A DNA stretch of 46,449 nt from Terriglobales bacterium (lineage in GTDB: Bacteria; Acidobacteriota; Terriglobia; Terriglobales; Acidobacteriaceae), in contig DATEBK010000382.1 in NCBI GenBank assembly GCA_035287825.1, forward strand, positions 1 through 46,449. The letters are read 5' to 3'. Of the stretch, positions 8,570-17,764 are shown piece after piece. The notes below the pieces were generated by a model. It was not told the origin of the DNA and made no database searches. It saw nothing but the letters and a program-made list of their open reading frames with translations. A program made the translations under genes and the position numbers. Each line of letters begins with the position of its first letter. Positions within the stretch are counted from its first letter, which is position 1.

Positions 8570-9958
8570 ATGAGATATCTGCCTAAATCTCCCGCGGACC
8601 GCGCCGCCATGCTGAAAGCGATCGGCATCCGCTCTGTCGATGAACTTTTTTCTCCCATTCCCGCCGAGTATCGCCTGGCGCGCGATCTGGAGATTCCGCG
8701 GCAAATGGCGGAATCGGAAATCGTCGACTGGTTCAAGCAGCGGGCCAAACAAAACGGCGAGGGCTATACCAGTTTTCTCGGAGCCGGAGCCTACTTCCAC
8801 TACCGCCCGGTCGTAATCGATGCGCTGGTGCAGCGCGGCGAATTCCTGACGTCTTACACTCCATATCAAGCCGAGTTTGCGCAGGGGACCCTCCAGGCCA
8901 TCTTCGAGTTCCAGACAATGATCTCCGAACTCACCGGTATGGATCTCGCCAACGCGTCAATGTACGACGGCTCGACGGCCGCGGCTGAAGCGGTAATGAT
9001 GGCGGTTCGCGTTACCGGAAAAAATGGGGCCGTGATTGCCCGCAGCGTTCATCCTGAGTATCGCGAAGTGCTCACCACCTACGCCACGCACCAGGAGATT
9101 CCGCTGACGACGGTGGGATTCGTCGACTCGGGACGCATCGATCTGAAGGAACTCGAAAAGGCTGTCGGTGACGACACGGCGTGCGTCTTGATTCAGTCGC
9201 CAAATTTCTTCGGCACCATTGAGGATGTTGAGGCGATTGCCCAGATCGCCCACAAACGCGGGGCGCTGTTGATTGTATCGATTGCCGAGGCGGTTTCGCT
9301 CGGCATTGTCGAGCCTCCGCGCAGCGCCGACATCGTGGCCATGGAAGCACAATCGTTCGGCGTGCCGCTTGGTTTCGGCGGCCCGTATTGCGGAGTGCTC
9401 GCAACCAAAGACAAATTTGTTCGCCAGATGCCGGGACGGCTCGCCGGCCAGACCGTCGACAAGAACGGCAAGCGCGGATTTGTGCTCACGCTGGCAACGC
9501 GCGAGCAGCACATTCGCCGCGAGAAGGCGACTTCGAATATCTGCACCAATCAGGCGCTGGTCGCGCTGATGGTGAATATCTTCATGACGGTGTATGGCAA
9601 GGTTGGGCTGCGCGAACTGGCGAAGCAGAATCTGGCCAAGACCGCATACGCGGTCGGCCAGTTTGGCAAACATGCCAAAGTGTTCTTTGCGGGCGCGCCG
9701 CGATTCAACGAATTTGTGGTCGAGACCAGCGAAAGCCCTTACGCCATCAACTCGCGATTGCTGGGATACAAGATTGTCGGCGGTCTCCCGCTGAAAAAGT
9801 TCTATCCAGAGCTGGGCAATGCCGCCTTGTGGTGCTGCACGGAATTGACAACCCGTTCCATGATCGACACCGCCGTCGGACTAGTGGCCGAGAGCGAGCG
9901 TTCGGTTCGAAGTTCCGAACCAGGCAAAGAGGCCGAGATCGAGGAGGTGGCGCGATGA
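8570..9958 (+). CDS. gcvPA: glycine dehydrogenase (aminomethyl-transferring) subunit 1
   Basis: [27 protein letters not shown] is a typical GcvPA N-terminus, and [21 protein letters not shown] is also present. The track ORF starts at TTG 8519, but ATG 8570 preceded by AAAGG fits homolog N-termini better. Confidence 0.93.
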   Translation: MRYLPKSPADRAAMLKAIGIRSVDELFSPIPAEYRLARDLEIPRQMAESEIVDWFKQRAKQNGEGYTSFLGAGAYFHYRPVVIDALVQRGEFLTSYTPYQAEFAQGTLQAIFEFQTMISELTGMDLANASMYDGSTAAAEAVMMAVRVTGKNGAVIARSVHPEYREVLTTYATHQEIPLTTVGFVDSGRIDLKELEKAVGDDTACVLIQSPNFFGTIEDVEAIAQIAHKRGALLIVSIAEAVSLGIVEPPRSADIVAMEAQSFGVPLGFGGPYCGVLATKDKFVRQMPGRLAGQTVDKNGKRGFVLTLATREQHIRREKATSNICTNQALVALMVNIFMTVYGKVGLRELAKQNLAKTAYAVGQFGKHAKVFFAGAPRFNEFVVETSESPYAINSRLLGYKIVGGLPLKKFYPELGNAALWCCTELTTRSMIDTAVGLVAESERSVRSSEPGKEAEIEEVAR

Positions 9959-11454
9959 AGCACATGACCCGCAAAGCCACGCGCCACATCAGTCAGAACG
10001 AAGGTTTGATCTTCGAGAAGTCCTCTCCCGGCAAAGCTGCATGGAAGTTGCCGCCGCTCGATGTTCCCGAAGTTGACACCAAGGCGCTTCTCGGTTCACA
10101 AGAACGAAAAGATCTCGGCAACATGCCCGAAGTCAGCGAGATTGAGATCATCCGTCATTTCACGCGCCTCTCGACCTGGAATTACGCCATCGATCTTGGC
10201 ATGTATCCGTTGGGCTCCTGCACCATGAAGTACAACCCGCGCGTCAACGAATTTGTCGCGCGCGTCGAGGGTCTCGCCAACGGACATCCGTATCAGGCAG
10301 AGAAGATCTCGCAGGGCGCTTTGCAAATCATGAAGACCCTGAGCGACTGCCTGCTTGAAATTACCGGCATGGACGCGATTACGCTGCAACCCGCGGCCGG
10401 CGCGCAGGGAGAGCTCACCGGATTGCTGATGGTGCGTGCCTACCACCAGTCACACGGCAACGCGCGCAAGAAAATTCTGATTCCCGATTCGGCGCACGGA
10501 ACAAATCCCGCCACCGCGGCCACAGTCGGCTACGCTGTAGAAAATTTGAAGTCGAACGACCGCGGCATGGTTGACGTTTCCGCGCTGGCGGCGCAGATGA
10601 ATGAAGATGTCGCGGCGCTCATGGTGACCAATCCCAACACGCTCGGCGTTTTTGAGCAGGAGATCCACAAGATTGCTGACCTGCTGCACGAAAAAGGCGG
10701 ATTGCTTTACATGGATGGCGCCAACATGAACGCGCTGGTTGCCAAGGCGCGCCCCGGCGATTTCGGCGTCGATGTCATGCACCTCAATTTGCACAAGACG
10801 TTTTCTACGCCACATGGCGGAGGCGGTCCCGGCTCCGGTCCGGTTGCGGTCAAGAAACATCTCGCGCCGTTTCTGCCGACTCCGGTCGTCATTACCAAGC
10901 CCGATGGCACCCTTGGCCTTGAATACAACCGTCCGCAGTCGGTCGGGCGCGTGCGCGCATTCTATGGCAACTTCGGAATGTTCATTCGCGCTCTCGCTTA
11001 CATCTTCGCCAACGGCCCCGACGGATTGCGCCAGACCACCGAAGACGCCGTCCTCAACGCCAATTACATTCGCAAGGGCCTCGAAGGTGTTTACGATTTG
11101 CCTTACTCGACGCCGTCCATGCATGAGGTGGTTTTCAGCGACAAAGTCCAATCGAAAAAAGGCGTCAAGACCATGGACCTGGCGAAACGCCTGATCGATT
11201 ACGGATTCCATCCCTACACAACGGCGTTCCCCCTGATCGTTCCCGGAGCACTTATGATCGAGCCGACCGAGAGCGAGCCCCTGGAAGAATTGGATCTATT
11301 CATCGAAGCCATGAAGTCGATCGCAGAAGAAGTAGAAGAAGATCCGCAGTATGTCTTAGACGCTCCCCACAACACGCGCATCTCCCGTCTCGATGAGACC
11401 GCCGCCGCCCGCAAGCCAATCCTGCGCTGGAAGCCGGAAAGTGAGCCGGCATAG
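9955..11454 (+). CDS. gcvPB: glycine dehydrogenase (aminomethyl-transferring) subunit 2
   Basis: The ATG at 9955 overlaps the gcvPA stop (ATGA). PLP-lysine region [16 protein letters not shown]. The upstream part of the 9388-11454 track ORF is an out-of-frame overlap with gcvPA. Confidence 0.93.
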   Translation: MKHMTRKATRHISQNEGLIFEKSSPGKAAWKLPPLDVPEVDTKALLGSQERKDLGNMPEVSEIEIIRHFTRLSTWNYAIDLGMYPLGSCTMKYNPRVNEFVARVEGLANGHPYQAEKISQGALQIMKTLSDCLLEITGMDAITLQPAAGAQGELTGLLMVRAYHQSHGNARKKILIPDSAHGTNPATAATVGYAVENLKSNDRGMVDVSALAAQMNEDVAALMVTNPNTLGVFEQEIHKIADLLHEKGGLLYMDGANMNALVAKARPGDFGVDVMHLNLHKTFSTPHGGGGPGSGPVAVKKHLAPFLPTPVVITKPDGTLGLEYNRPQSVGRVRAFYGNFGMFIRALAYIFANGPDGLRQTTEDAVLNANYIRKGLEGVYDLPYSTPSMHEVVFSDKVQSKKGVKTMDLAKRLIDYGFHPYTTAFPLIVPGALMIEPTESEPLEELDLFIEAMKSIAEEVEEDPQYVLDAPHNTRISRLDETAAARKPILRWKPESEPA

Positions 11455-11470
11455 CCAAGTGATCGGCCTG

Positions 11471-11499
11471 GGGTTGGGTCTCAAAACCCTTTAAGATTT
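11471..11499 (+). terminator. weak candidate terminator after gcvPB
   Basis: GGGTT-gggtctcaa-AACCC followed by TTTaagaTTT. The stem is only 5 bp. Confidence 0.25.
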
Positions 11500-11561
11500 G
11501 TCATCCCGAACGAAGTGAGGGACCTGCAATTTCGTCGCGAGATGCGGACCGACGGAATGAC
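11500..11561 (+). repeat. REP-like intergenic element (GTCATCCCGAACGAAGTGAGGGACC...)
   Basis: GTCATCCCG (11500-11508) pairs 8/9 with CGGAATGAC (11553-11561). It shares the GTCATCC(C/G)GA(A/G)CG(A/G)AG...GA(G/A)GGACC skeleton with 17627-17688. It lies just after the gcvPB stop. Confidence 0.6.
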
Positions 11562-11584
11562 GACCCATCTGCGGGACGACCGCA

Positions 11585-11615
11585 TTGAATATCCCAGGGA
11601 GCGCCTTGCTAGAAT
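11585..11615 (+). promoter_or_regulatory. promoter candidate TTGAAT-N19-(TGc)TAGAAT for the TPR gene
   Basis: Extended -10 TGcTAGAAT at 11607-11615, and -35-like TTGAAT at 11585-11590. The ATG is at 11634. Confidence 0.3.
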
Positions 11616-11633
11616 CACCTAAGCCGTTCTTTT

Positions 11634-12023
11634 ATGCCCGACGACGCAGCCAGCTCCGAGCCTGAGATCGCCCGCGAACAAGCTCGCCAGTTGGCCGAGC
11701 ACCACTACTACGCCGCGCTCGATCTGGTTCTCGAAGGCCAGCACGAGCAAGCAGTCGAGGAATACCAGAAGGCTGTGGCGGCCGATCCCAAGTTTACCGA
11801 CGCTCTGCATGGACTCAGCCGGGCTCTCCAGGACCTCAACCGCTTCGACGAAGCGATTGAAGTTGCCCAACAAATCTCGGCAATCGATCCCGACGACATT
11901 CTCGCGCACACCAGCCTCTCCATCCTCTATCAGAAAAAAGGAATGGTTCCCGAAGCCGAAGCCGAAGGAAACAAAGCCCGCGTGCTGGGCTGGAAGCAAC
12001 AATTGAAAAAAAGCAACCCTTAA
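11634..12023 (+). CDS. tetratricopeptide (TPR) repeat protein, 129 aa
   Basis: Repeated A-x-x-Y/A-x-x-A-x-x-x-P TPR pattern (HEQAVEEYQKAVAADPKF, FDEAIEVAQQISAIDPDD). Confidence 0.75.
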   Translation: MPDDAASSEPEIAREQARQLAEHHYYAALDLVLEGQHEQAVEEYQKAVAADPKFTDALHGLSRALQDLNRFDEAIEVAQQISAIDPDDILAHTSLSILYQKKGMVPEAEAEGNKARVLGWKQQLKKSNP

Positions 12024-12087
12024 ACGACCGATCCGCAAACAAAACGATCCGTCTGCAAAATCCAGTCCCTCGCCGCAATATTGCTCC

Positions 12088-12116
12088 TTGACACCTGCCT
12101 GCGACGAGCGGACAAT
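12088..12116 (+). promoter_or_regulatory. sigma70-like promoter candidate TTGACA-N17-GACAAT for the GloVer-repeat gene
   Basis: Perfect -35 at 12088-12093, a 17-nt spacer, and -10 GACAAT at 12111-12116. It lies about 80 nt upstream of ATG 12196. Confidence 0.35.
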
Positions 12117-12195
12117 CCCAGCGATCCTGTCGCGACGCGAAGTCGGCGTCCCGTGCGGGTTTCCACCATCACCCCATGCTCATCGGAGAATCTCA

Positions 12196-13596
12196 ATGAC
12201 ACGAAAACTTTTCGCTGCCTTCCTTCTTTGCGTCGCGCCCCTGGCTTCCGCGCCTGCACAGACCTTCCGCGCTCTGCACGGCTTCATTGGTAGTGATGGC
12301 GCCAATCCCTACGTGGGGATGATTCAGGGAACCGATGGATACCTCTATGGCACCACCATCGATGGCGGAGCCAACGGCAGCGGCAATGTGTTCAAAATGA
12401 CCACCAGCGGCAAAGTGACATCGCTCTATGATTTCTGCTCGCAACCTAATTGCACGGACGGCGAATATCCCGTCACCATATTAGTCGAGGGCGCCGACGG
12501 CAATTTCTACGGCACAACGCAATCAGGAGGAACCGCAGGCGGCTACGGCACGGTTTTCCAGCTTACGCCCACCGGCACGCTGACCACCCTGCATAGCTTC
12601 TCCGGAAATGATGGCGCTGCCCCTTACGGTTCACTGCTGCTCGCGGCCAATGGAGATTTCTACGGAACTACCAACGTGGGCGCTGCCTACGGAGCCGGTA
12701 GCGTCTTCACCATCACATCAGCGGGCGTATTAACCACGCTTTATAACTTCTGCTCGCAAAGCGGTTGCAGTGACGGTCAATATCCCGTTGGCCCGCTCAC
12801 CCAAGCCGCCAACGGAGACATCTACGGCGTCACGAACGCCGGCGGTGACTACGCGGCCTGCAACGTCAATGGATGCGGCACTGTTTATAAAATCAGTCTC
12901 AGCGGCAAACTTACAACCTTGCACACTTTTGCTGCGACCGATGGCGATTACCCGCACACGGGAGTTATCGCAGGCCCTGACGGGCTGTTCTACGGAACCG
13001 CAAGCAGCGGCGGTGCTAACGACGACGGCACCATCTTCACCGTCAACTCCAGCGGTGCCTTCAACACCCTCTACAATTTCAGCGGCTCTGACGGTATCAA
13101 TCCCTCCGCTATGTTGCTCGCGAGCGACGGCAACTTTTACGGGACCACCTTATATGGCGGCACCACCTACCCCAGGGGCTCGGTCTTCGAAATAACTCCT
13201 GGCGGCACTCTGACCAACCTGCATACCTTTGACGGCAGGCACGGCAAGAACCCCTACGGCTTGGTCCAGGACACCAATGGCACCTTCTATGGCACCGCCT
13301 ACTTTGGCGGCGCCGACAACGACGGCATTCTCTTCAGCGTATCGAATGGCCTTGCGCCATTTGTTGAAACGCAACCAACCTCCGGCAATATTGGAATGGC
13401 CGTCACGATTCTGGGGGCAAGCCTCAAGAATGCGTCTGCCGTTAGCTTTAACGGGACGCCCGCCGCGTTCACTGTAATATCAAGCACCGAAATCACCACC
13501 AATGTTCCGGCCGGTGCCACCAGCGGCTCGCTGACGGTAGTGACATCTAAAGGCGCTACGCTCAAGAGCAACGTAGAATTCCGCGTAGCAAAGTAG
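12196..13596 (+). CDS. secreted GloVer-type (Gloeo_Verruco) tandem-repeat beta-propeller protein with C-terminal IPT/TIG domain
   Basis: Signal peptide MTRKLFAAFLLCVAPLASAPAQ. Seven ~48-aa repeats follow the pattern G-x-x-P-x-(5-7)-DG-x-(F/L/I)YG-(T/V)-(T/A)-x-x-GG-x(3-9)-G-(T/S/N)-(V/I)F-x-(5-8)-G-x-x-(T/N)-(S/T/N)-L-(Y/H)-x-F. The C-terminal FNGTPAAFTVISSTEITTNVPAGATSGSLTVVT resembles an IPT/TIG fold. The track ORF start at 12088 is the TTG inside a promoter-like TTGACA. Confidence 0.8.
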   Translation: MTRKLFAAFLLCVAPLASAPAQTFRALHGFIGSDGANPYVGMIQGTDGYLYGTTIDGGANGSGNVFKMTTSGKVTSLYDFCSQPNCTDGEYPVTILVEGADGNFYGTTQSGGTAGGYGTVFQLTPTGTLTTLHSFSGNDGAAPYGSLLLAANGDFYGTTNVGAAYGAGSVFTITSAGVLTTLYNFCSQSGCSDGQYPVGPLTQAANGDIYGVTNAGGDYAACNVNGCGTVYKISLSGKLTTLHTFAATDGDYPHTGVIAGPDGLFYGTASSGGANDDGTIFTVNSSGAFNTLYNFSGSDGINPSAMLLASDGNFYGTTLYGGTTYPRGSVFEITPGGTLTNLHTFDGRHGKNPYGLVQDTNGTFYGTAYFGGADNDGILFSVSNGLAPFVETQPTSGNIGMAVTILGASLKNASAVSFNGTPAAFTVISSTEITTNVPAGATSGSLTVVTSKGATLKSNVEFRVAK

Positions 13597-13727
13597 CTCG
13601 TGCGTTTTCGCACCACGACCGGCAGAATGGGGTTCAGCATCGGGTGTGCTCGCTCGGACGGGCGAGCGTACCCGCCCCGTTCGCCGGCGTGACGTTTTCT
13701 ACGCCTTCAGAGAGTTAAAATCACTGT

Positions 13728-14906
13728 ATGCGTGAAGTCGTCGTTGTTTCCTCCGTCCGTACTCCCGTAGGGCGAGCGTATAAGGGCACACTCCGTGCCA
13801 CGCGTCCCGATGAACTGGCCGCCGTCGCCATCAAGGCCGCTCTTGACCGCGTGCCTCAGCTTGACCCCAAAGAAATTGAAGACGTTATCCTCGGCTGCGC
13901 CATGCCCGAAGCCGAACAGGGAATGAATGTCGCCCGCATCGCCTCCTTGCGCGCTGGTCTTCCGGTCGAGGTCTCGGCGGTGACCATCAATCGCTTCTGC
14001 TCCTCCGGATTGCAAGCGATTGCCATGGCTGCCGAGCGCATCATGTCCGGCGCCGCCGAAGTCATGCTCGCCGGCGGAACTGAATCCATGACGATGATTC
14101 CGATGGGCGGCAACAAAATTTCGCCCAACCCGTGGTTGGTAGATCATTTCCCCGGCGCCTACCTCTCAATGGGCTTGACCGCCGAGCGCGTCGCGCAGCG
14201 CTTTGGGATTACGCGCGAGCAGTGCGACGAGTTCTCGCTGCGCAGCCATCAGAAAGCACTGGCGGCAATCGCCGCGGGCAAGTTCGAGGAGGAGACGGTT
14301 GCCGTCCCGGTCACCTTCACCACTCCCAACGGATCGAAGCCTAAACGTCAGGAAATCTCATTCAAAGTAGACGAAGGCCCGCGCGCCGATACTTCGATCG
14401 AGGCGCTGGCCGCCCTCAAGCCCGCATTTCACGTGAAGGGCGTGACTACGGCGGGAAATTCTTCGCAGATGTCGGATGGCGCGGCCGCCGCGGTCGTCAT
14501 GTCGGCCGACCGTGCGAAGGCGCTGGGCATCGCTCCCCTGGCCCGCTATGTGGCATTTGCAACCGCCGGATACAAGCCGGAAGAGATGGGACTCGGACCG
14601 GTGTTCGCCATCCCCAAAGCTCTGAAACTCGCCGGTTTAAAACTTTCGGATATCGACGTCATTGAGCTGAACGAAGCGTTTGCCGCGCAATCGCTCGCAG
14701 TGATTCGCGAAGCTGGAATTGATCCGGAGCGCGTGAATCCGAATGGGGGCGCGATTGCGCTCGGCCATCCGCTGGGTTGCACGGGCGCAAAGTTGACCGC
14801 CAGCGTCCTCCGCGAATTGAAGCGGCGCAATGGCCGTTACGGCATGGTGACCATGTGCGTTGGCGGCGGAATGGGTGCGGCAGGGATTTTCGAAAACCTG
14901 GCCTGA
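13728..14906 (+). CDS. acetyl-CoA C-acyltransferase (thiolase)
   Basis: Active-site Cys region [12 protein letters not shown]-terminal [16 protein letters not shown] and [10 protein letters not shown]. 392 aa. Confidence 0.93.
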   Translation: MREVVVVSSVRTPVGRAYKGTLRATRPDELAAVAIKAALDRVPQLDPKEIEDVILGCAMPEAEQGMNVARIASLRAGLPVEVSAVTINRFCSSGLQAIAMAAERIMSGAAEVMLAGGTESMTMIPMGGNKISPNPWLVDHFPGAYLSMGLTAERVAQRFGITREQCDEFSLRSHQKALAAIAAGKFEEETVAVPVTFTTPNGSKPKRQEISFKVDEGPRADTSIEALAALKPAFHVKGVTTAGNSSQMSDGAAAAVVMSADRAKALGIAPLARYVAFATAGYKPEEMGLGPVFAIPKALKLAGLKLSDIDVIELNEAFAAQSLAVIREAGIDPERVNPNGGAIALGHPLGCTGAKLTASVLRELKRRNGRYGMVTMCVGGGMGAAGIFENLA

Positions 14907-15047
14907 AAACTGGCCATCGGAGTTGCTTTGTCCAAATTGTTGTGTTTTCAGCGGCTATTCTGCGGTAAGATGTCGCTCGAGCGGTTCCGACTAGAGGCAA
15001 GGCCACCAATCTAGCCTCGACTGTATCCCCGCTGCGGGAGGTGCTTC

Positions 15048-15605
15048 ATGCGGCTCTCTGGTTTGCTCGTCGTGTCCATCCTGTTGTGTTCAGCCGTCGT
15101 CTTTGCGCAGCATGGAGGCGGCGGTGGGGGCTCTCATGGCTCAAGCTCCGGCGGATCTTCTTTCGCCAGTTCGGCCGGCTTCAGTTCCTCGCGCGGTACT
15201 ATCACGGCGAGCTCGCACAGCAGCGGCACCGTCAGGGTTTCTTCGGCAAAGACATCTGCAAAATCAGAACGGAAAGTATTCGCCAATAAGATCGAGAAGA
15301 CGTCTTTCGGCTGTGCCAAGGGTCAAAATTGCACCTGCCCGGGCGGAGCACGAAGTGGTTTCGGTGGCTGCACCGCCCCGAAGATATCATCATGTTCATC
15401 CGGAGCCTGGAACGGCTATTCTTGCGGCGCAGAAGGATGGTTCAACGATTGTCGCCAGTTAGCCGACGAAGTGTCGCTCCAGCAGCGCCAGTTGAATCGA
15501 AATGGTATTCGCGACGGCCTTCGCTTTCGGTTGCTCCACGATCAATACGATTATTGCCAGCGCGCATTCCGTGGCACCCTGCCCTGGCTCGAGCTACAGG
15601 AGTAA
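15048..15605 (+). CDS. secreted hypothetical protein with a Gly/Ser-rich low-complexity region and a Cys-rich C-terminal domain
   Basis: A GGGAGG Shine-Dalgarno lies 7 nt upstream. Signal peptide MRLSGLLVVSILLCSAVVFAQ is followed by HGGGGGGSHGSSSGGSS and then 9 Cys in about 80 aa. I recognise no family. Confidence 0.6.
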   Translation: MRLSGLLVVSILLCSAVVFAQHGGGGGGSHGSSSGGSSFASSAGFSSSRGTITASSHSSGTVRVSSAKTSAKSERKVFANKIEKTSFGCAKGQNCTCPGGARSGFGGCTAPKISSCSSGAWNGYSCGAEGWFNDCRQLADEVSLQQRQLNRNGIRDGLRFRLLHDQYDYCQRAFRGTLPWLELQE

Positions 15606-15635
15606 GCAGTTCTTTTAGGCAAAGATCTGGCGTTT

Positions 15636-15664
15636 TGCGCGACTTCCCGCGCAGTCGTTGTTTT
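15636..15664 (+). terminator. candidate rho-independent terminator after the secreted Cys-rich protein gene
   Basis: TGCGCG-acttcc-CGCGCA stem-loop (6-bp GC-rich stem) followed by gtcgttgTTTT, 31 nt after the stop at 15605. Confidence 0.4.
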
Positions 15665-15813
15665 CGGCTGCGCCTACCTTTCAGGGCTTTTCATAAGCTT
15701 CCTCATACTCTCAAGCTTGAATCCCAAAAGCTCTCACCCGTGTAGTCCTTAGCCTATAATCGTCTGATACCAACTTACTCGGCCGGTTTGCCGCATCCAC
15801 CACGGAGCTTGAC

Positions 15814-17610
15814 ATGGCGACGACTGCGATTCCAAAAACCAAAATTTCTGGCGGCAGCTTTTTGCTCGAAGAGCGCCAGACTGCCGATGTATTCACCCCC
15901 GAAGATTTTTCCGAGCAGCACCGGATGATCGGCCAGACGGCGGAAGAATTTTCCGTCAACGAGATTCTGCCGCAAGCGGAAAAGATCGAACACAAAGACT
16001 ACTCAGTCTCGCGCGATCTGCTGAAAAAAGCGGGCGATCTCGGCCTGAGTGGAGTCGAAGTCCCCGAAGCCTACGGCGGCCTGGAGATGGATAAAGTCAC
16101 CGCCGCTATCATCGCCGACCACATTGCCAAGTATGCCGGATTCGCCACCACTTGGGGCGCGCACAGCGGCATTGGCATGTTGCCCATCGTTTATTTCGGG
16201 ACGGAAGAACAGAAGAAAAAATATCTGCCGCGCTTGGCCTCGGGAGAAACGGTTGGCGCTTACGCCTTGTCGGAAGCGACTTCCGGTTCCGACGCGCTCA
16301 ATTGCCGTGCCCGAGCCGTGCTTTCGCCCGATGGCAAAAACTACATCCTGAACGGCGAGAAGATGTGGATAACCAACGCCGGTTTTGCCGATTTGTTCAC
16401 CGTCTTCGCGAAAATCGACGGCGAAAAGTTCTCCGCGTTTCTGGTCGAACGAGGCTTCCCCGGATTTTCGACCGGCGCCGAAGAGCACAAGATGGGCATT
16501 CGCGGATCCTCCACTTGTCCTGTGATTCTCAACGACTGTAAAGTGCCGGTGGAGAATTTGCTGGGCGAGATTGGTAAAGGGCACGTCATCGCCTTCAATA
16601 TTCTGAACGTCGGCCGCTTTAAACTCGGTGCCATGTGCGTCGGCGGCGCGCGGGTCTCGATTGAGAGCGCTGTGTCGTATGCCAAGCAGCGCAAGGCTTT
16701 TGGCAAGACCATCGGCGATTTCGGACTTGTGCGGGAAAAAATCGCCAACATGGCCACGCTGATTTATGTTGGCGAATCGCTCGTCTATCGCACCGTGGGA
16801 ATGATGGACGAGTTGCTCTCACAGATCGACTCCGCGAATCCCGAAGCGGCGAAAGAACAACGCAAGGCCATCGAAGAGTATGCGGTCGAGTGCTCGATCC
16901 TTAAAGTGTGGGGATCGGAAATGATCGATTACGTCGTCGACGAGACGCTCCAGATTTATGCCGGCTATGGATTCGTGGAAGAGTATCCAGCCGAGCGCGC
17001 CTATCGCGACGCCCGCATCAATCGCATCTTCGAAGGTACAAACGAAATTAACCGGCTCATCATCACCGGCTTCCTCCTGAAGCGCGCGATGAGCGGGCAG
17101 TTGCCCCTGATGCCCGCGATCAAAAAGTTGATGGATGAAGTGTTGAGCGGGCCGTCGATGGGCGACGAAATCGAAGGTCCGCTCGCGGAGGAACGCAAAC
17201 TGGTGGCCCAGGCAAAGAAGCTTGGCTTGTTTGTTTCCGGCGCGGCGACGCAGAAATACATGGCGGCGATCCAGGACCAGCAGGAAGTAATGGGCGCGAT
17301 TGCCGATATGACCATCGAAATCTACGCCATGGAGTCAGCAGTCCTGCGCGCGCAAAAAATGGTGAAACAGAAAGGTGAAGCGTCGGCCGCACTGCCGATT
17401 GCGATGACGCAGGTCTATCTGACCCAGGCGCTGGAGAAAATCGAAGCCGCAGCCAGAAAAGTAATCGCCGACGTGGCCGAAGGCGACATGCTCCGCACGC
17501 AACTGGCGATTGTCCGGCGCCTGTCGAAGCACGAACCGTTCAATACCATCGCGCTGCGCCAGCAGATTGCCCAGAAAACAATTGATGCTGGGAAATACAC
17601 AGTGGCTTAG
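15814..17610 (+). CDS. acyl-CoA dehydrogenase, long VLCAD-like type with C-terminal extension (598 aa)
   Basis: YALSEATSGSDA, KMWITNAGFADLFTVFAK, and the catalytic-base region RINRIFEGTNEINR. A ~180-aa extra C-terminal helical domain resembles VLCAD/ACAD9-type enzymes. Confidence 0.92.
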   Translation: MATTAIPKTKISGGSFLLEERQTADVFTPEDFSEQHRMIGQTAEEFSVNEILPQAEKIEHKDYSVSRDLLKKAGDLGLSGVEVPEAYGGLEMDKVTAAIIADHIAKYAGFATTWGAHSGIGMLPIVYFGTEEQKKKYLPRLASGETVGAYALSEATSGSDALNCRARAVLSPDGKNYILNGEKMWITNAGFADLFTVFAKIDGEKFSAFLVERGFPGFSTGAEEHKMGIRGSSTCPVILNDCKVPVENLLGEIGKGHVIAFNILNVGRFKLGAMCVGGARVSIESAVSYAKQRKAFGKTIGDFGLVREKIANMATLIYVGESLVYRTVGMMDELLSQIDSANPEAAKEQRKAIEEYAVECSILKVWGSEMIDYVVDETLQIYAGYGFVEEYPAERAYRDARINRIFEGTNEINRLIITGFLLKRAMSGQLPLMPAIKKLMDEVLSGPSMGDEIEGPLAEERKLVAQAKKLGLFVSGAATQKYMAAIQDQQEVMGAIADMTIEIYAMESAVLRAQKMVKQKGEASAALPIAMTQVYLTQALEKIEAAARKVIADVAEGDMLRTQLAIVRRLSKHEPFNTIALRQQIAQKTIDAGKYTVA

Positions 17611-17626
17611 CGGCTATAACAGCCAT

Positions 17627-17688
17627 GTCATCCGGAGCGGAGCAAGAGGATTCGCAAAGAGAATCGTCTTGCGGAGTCGAAGGACCCT
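17627..17688 (+). repeat. REP-like intergenic element, second copy, with an internal 10-bp hairpin
   Basis: GTCATCCGGAGCGGAGC, then the hairpin AAGAGGATTC (17644-17653) / GAATCGTCTT (17661-17670) with 9 of 10 pairs and a 7-nt loop, then GCGGAGTCGAAGGACCC. It starts 17 nt after the ACAD stop, in a convergent gap. Confidence 0.6.
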
Positions 17689-17764
17689 AAATGTTCAACT
17701 GCACCCGCAACCGCGGCTCAGTTTTCTCCACGGCATCGAAAGCGCTAGGAAATACGCCGCGACA

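Noticed and set aside
9388-9954. Long N-terminal extension of the gcvPB ORF (688-aa version)
   Set aside because: It overlaps gcvPA out of frame, and its product is Arg/Gly-rich. The homolog-like N-terminus [23 protein letters not shown] starts at 9955 with an ATGA overlap.
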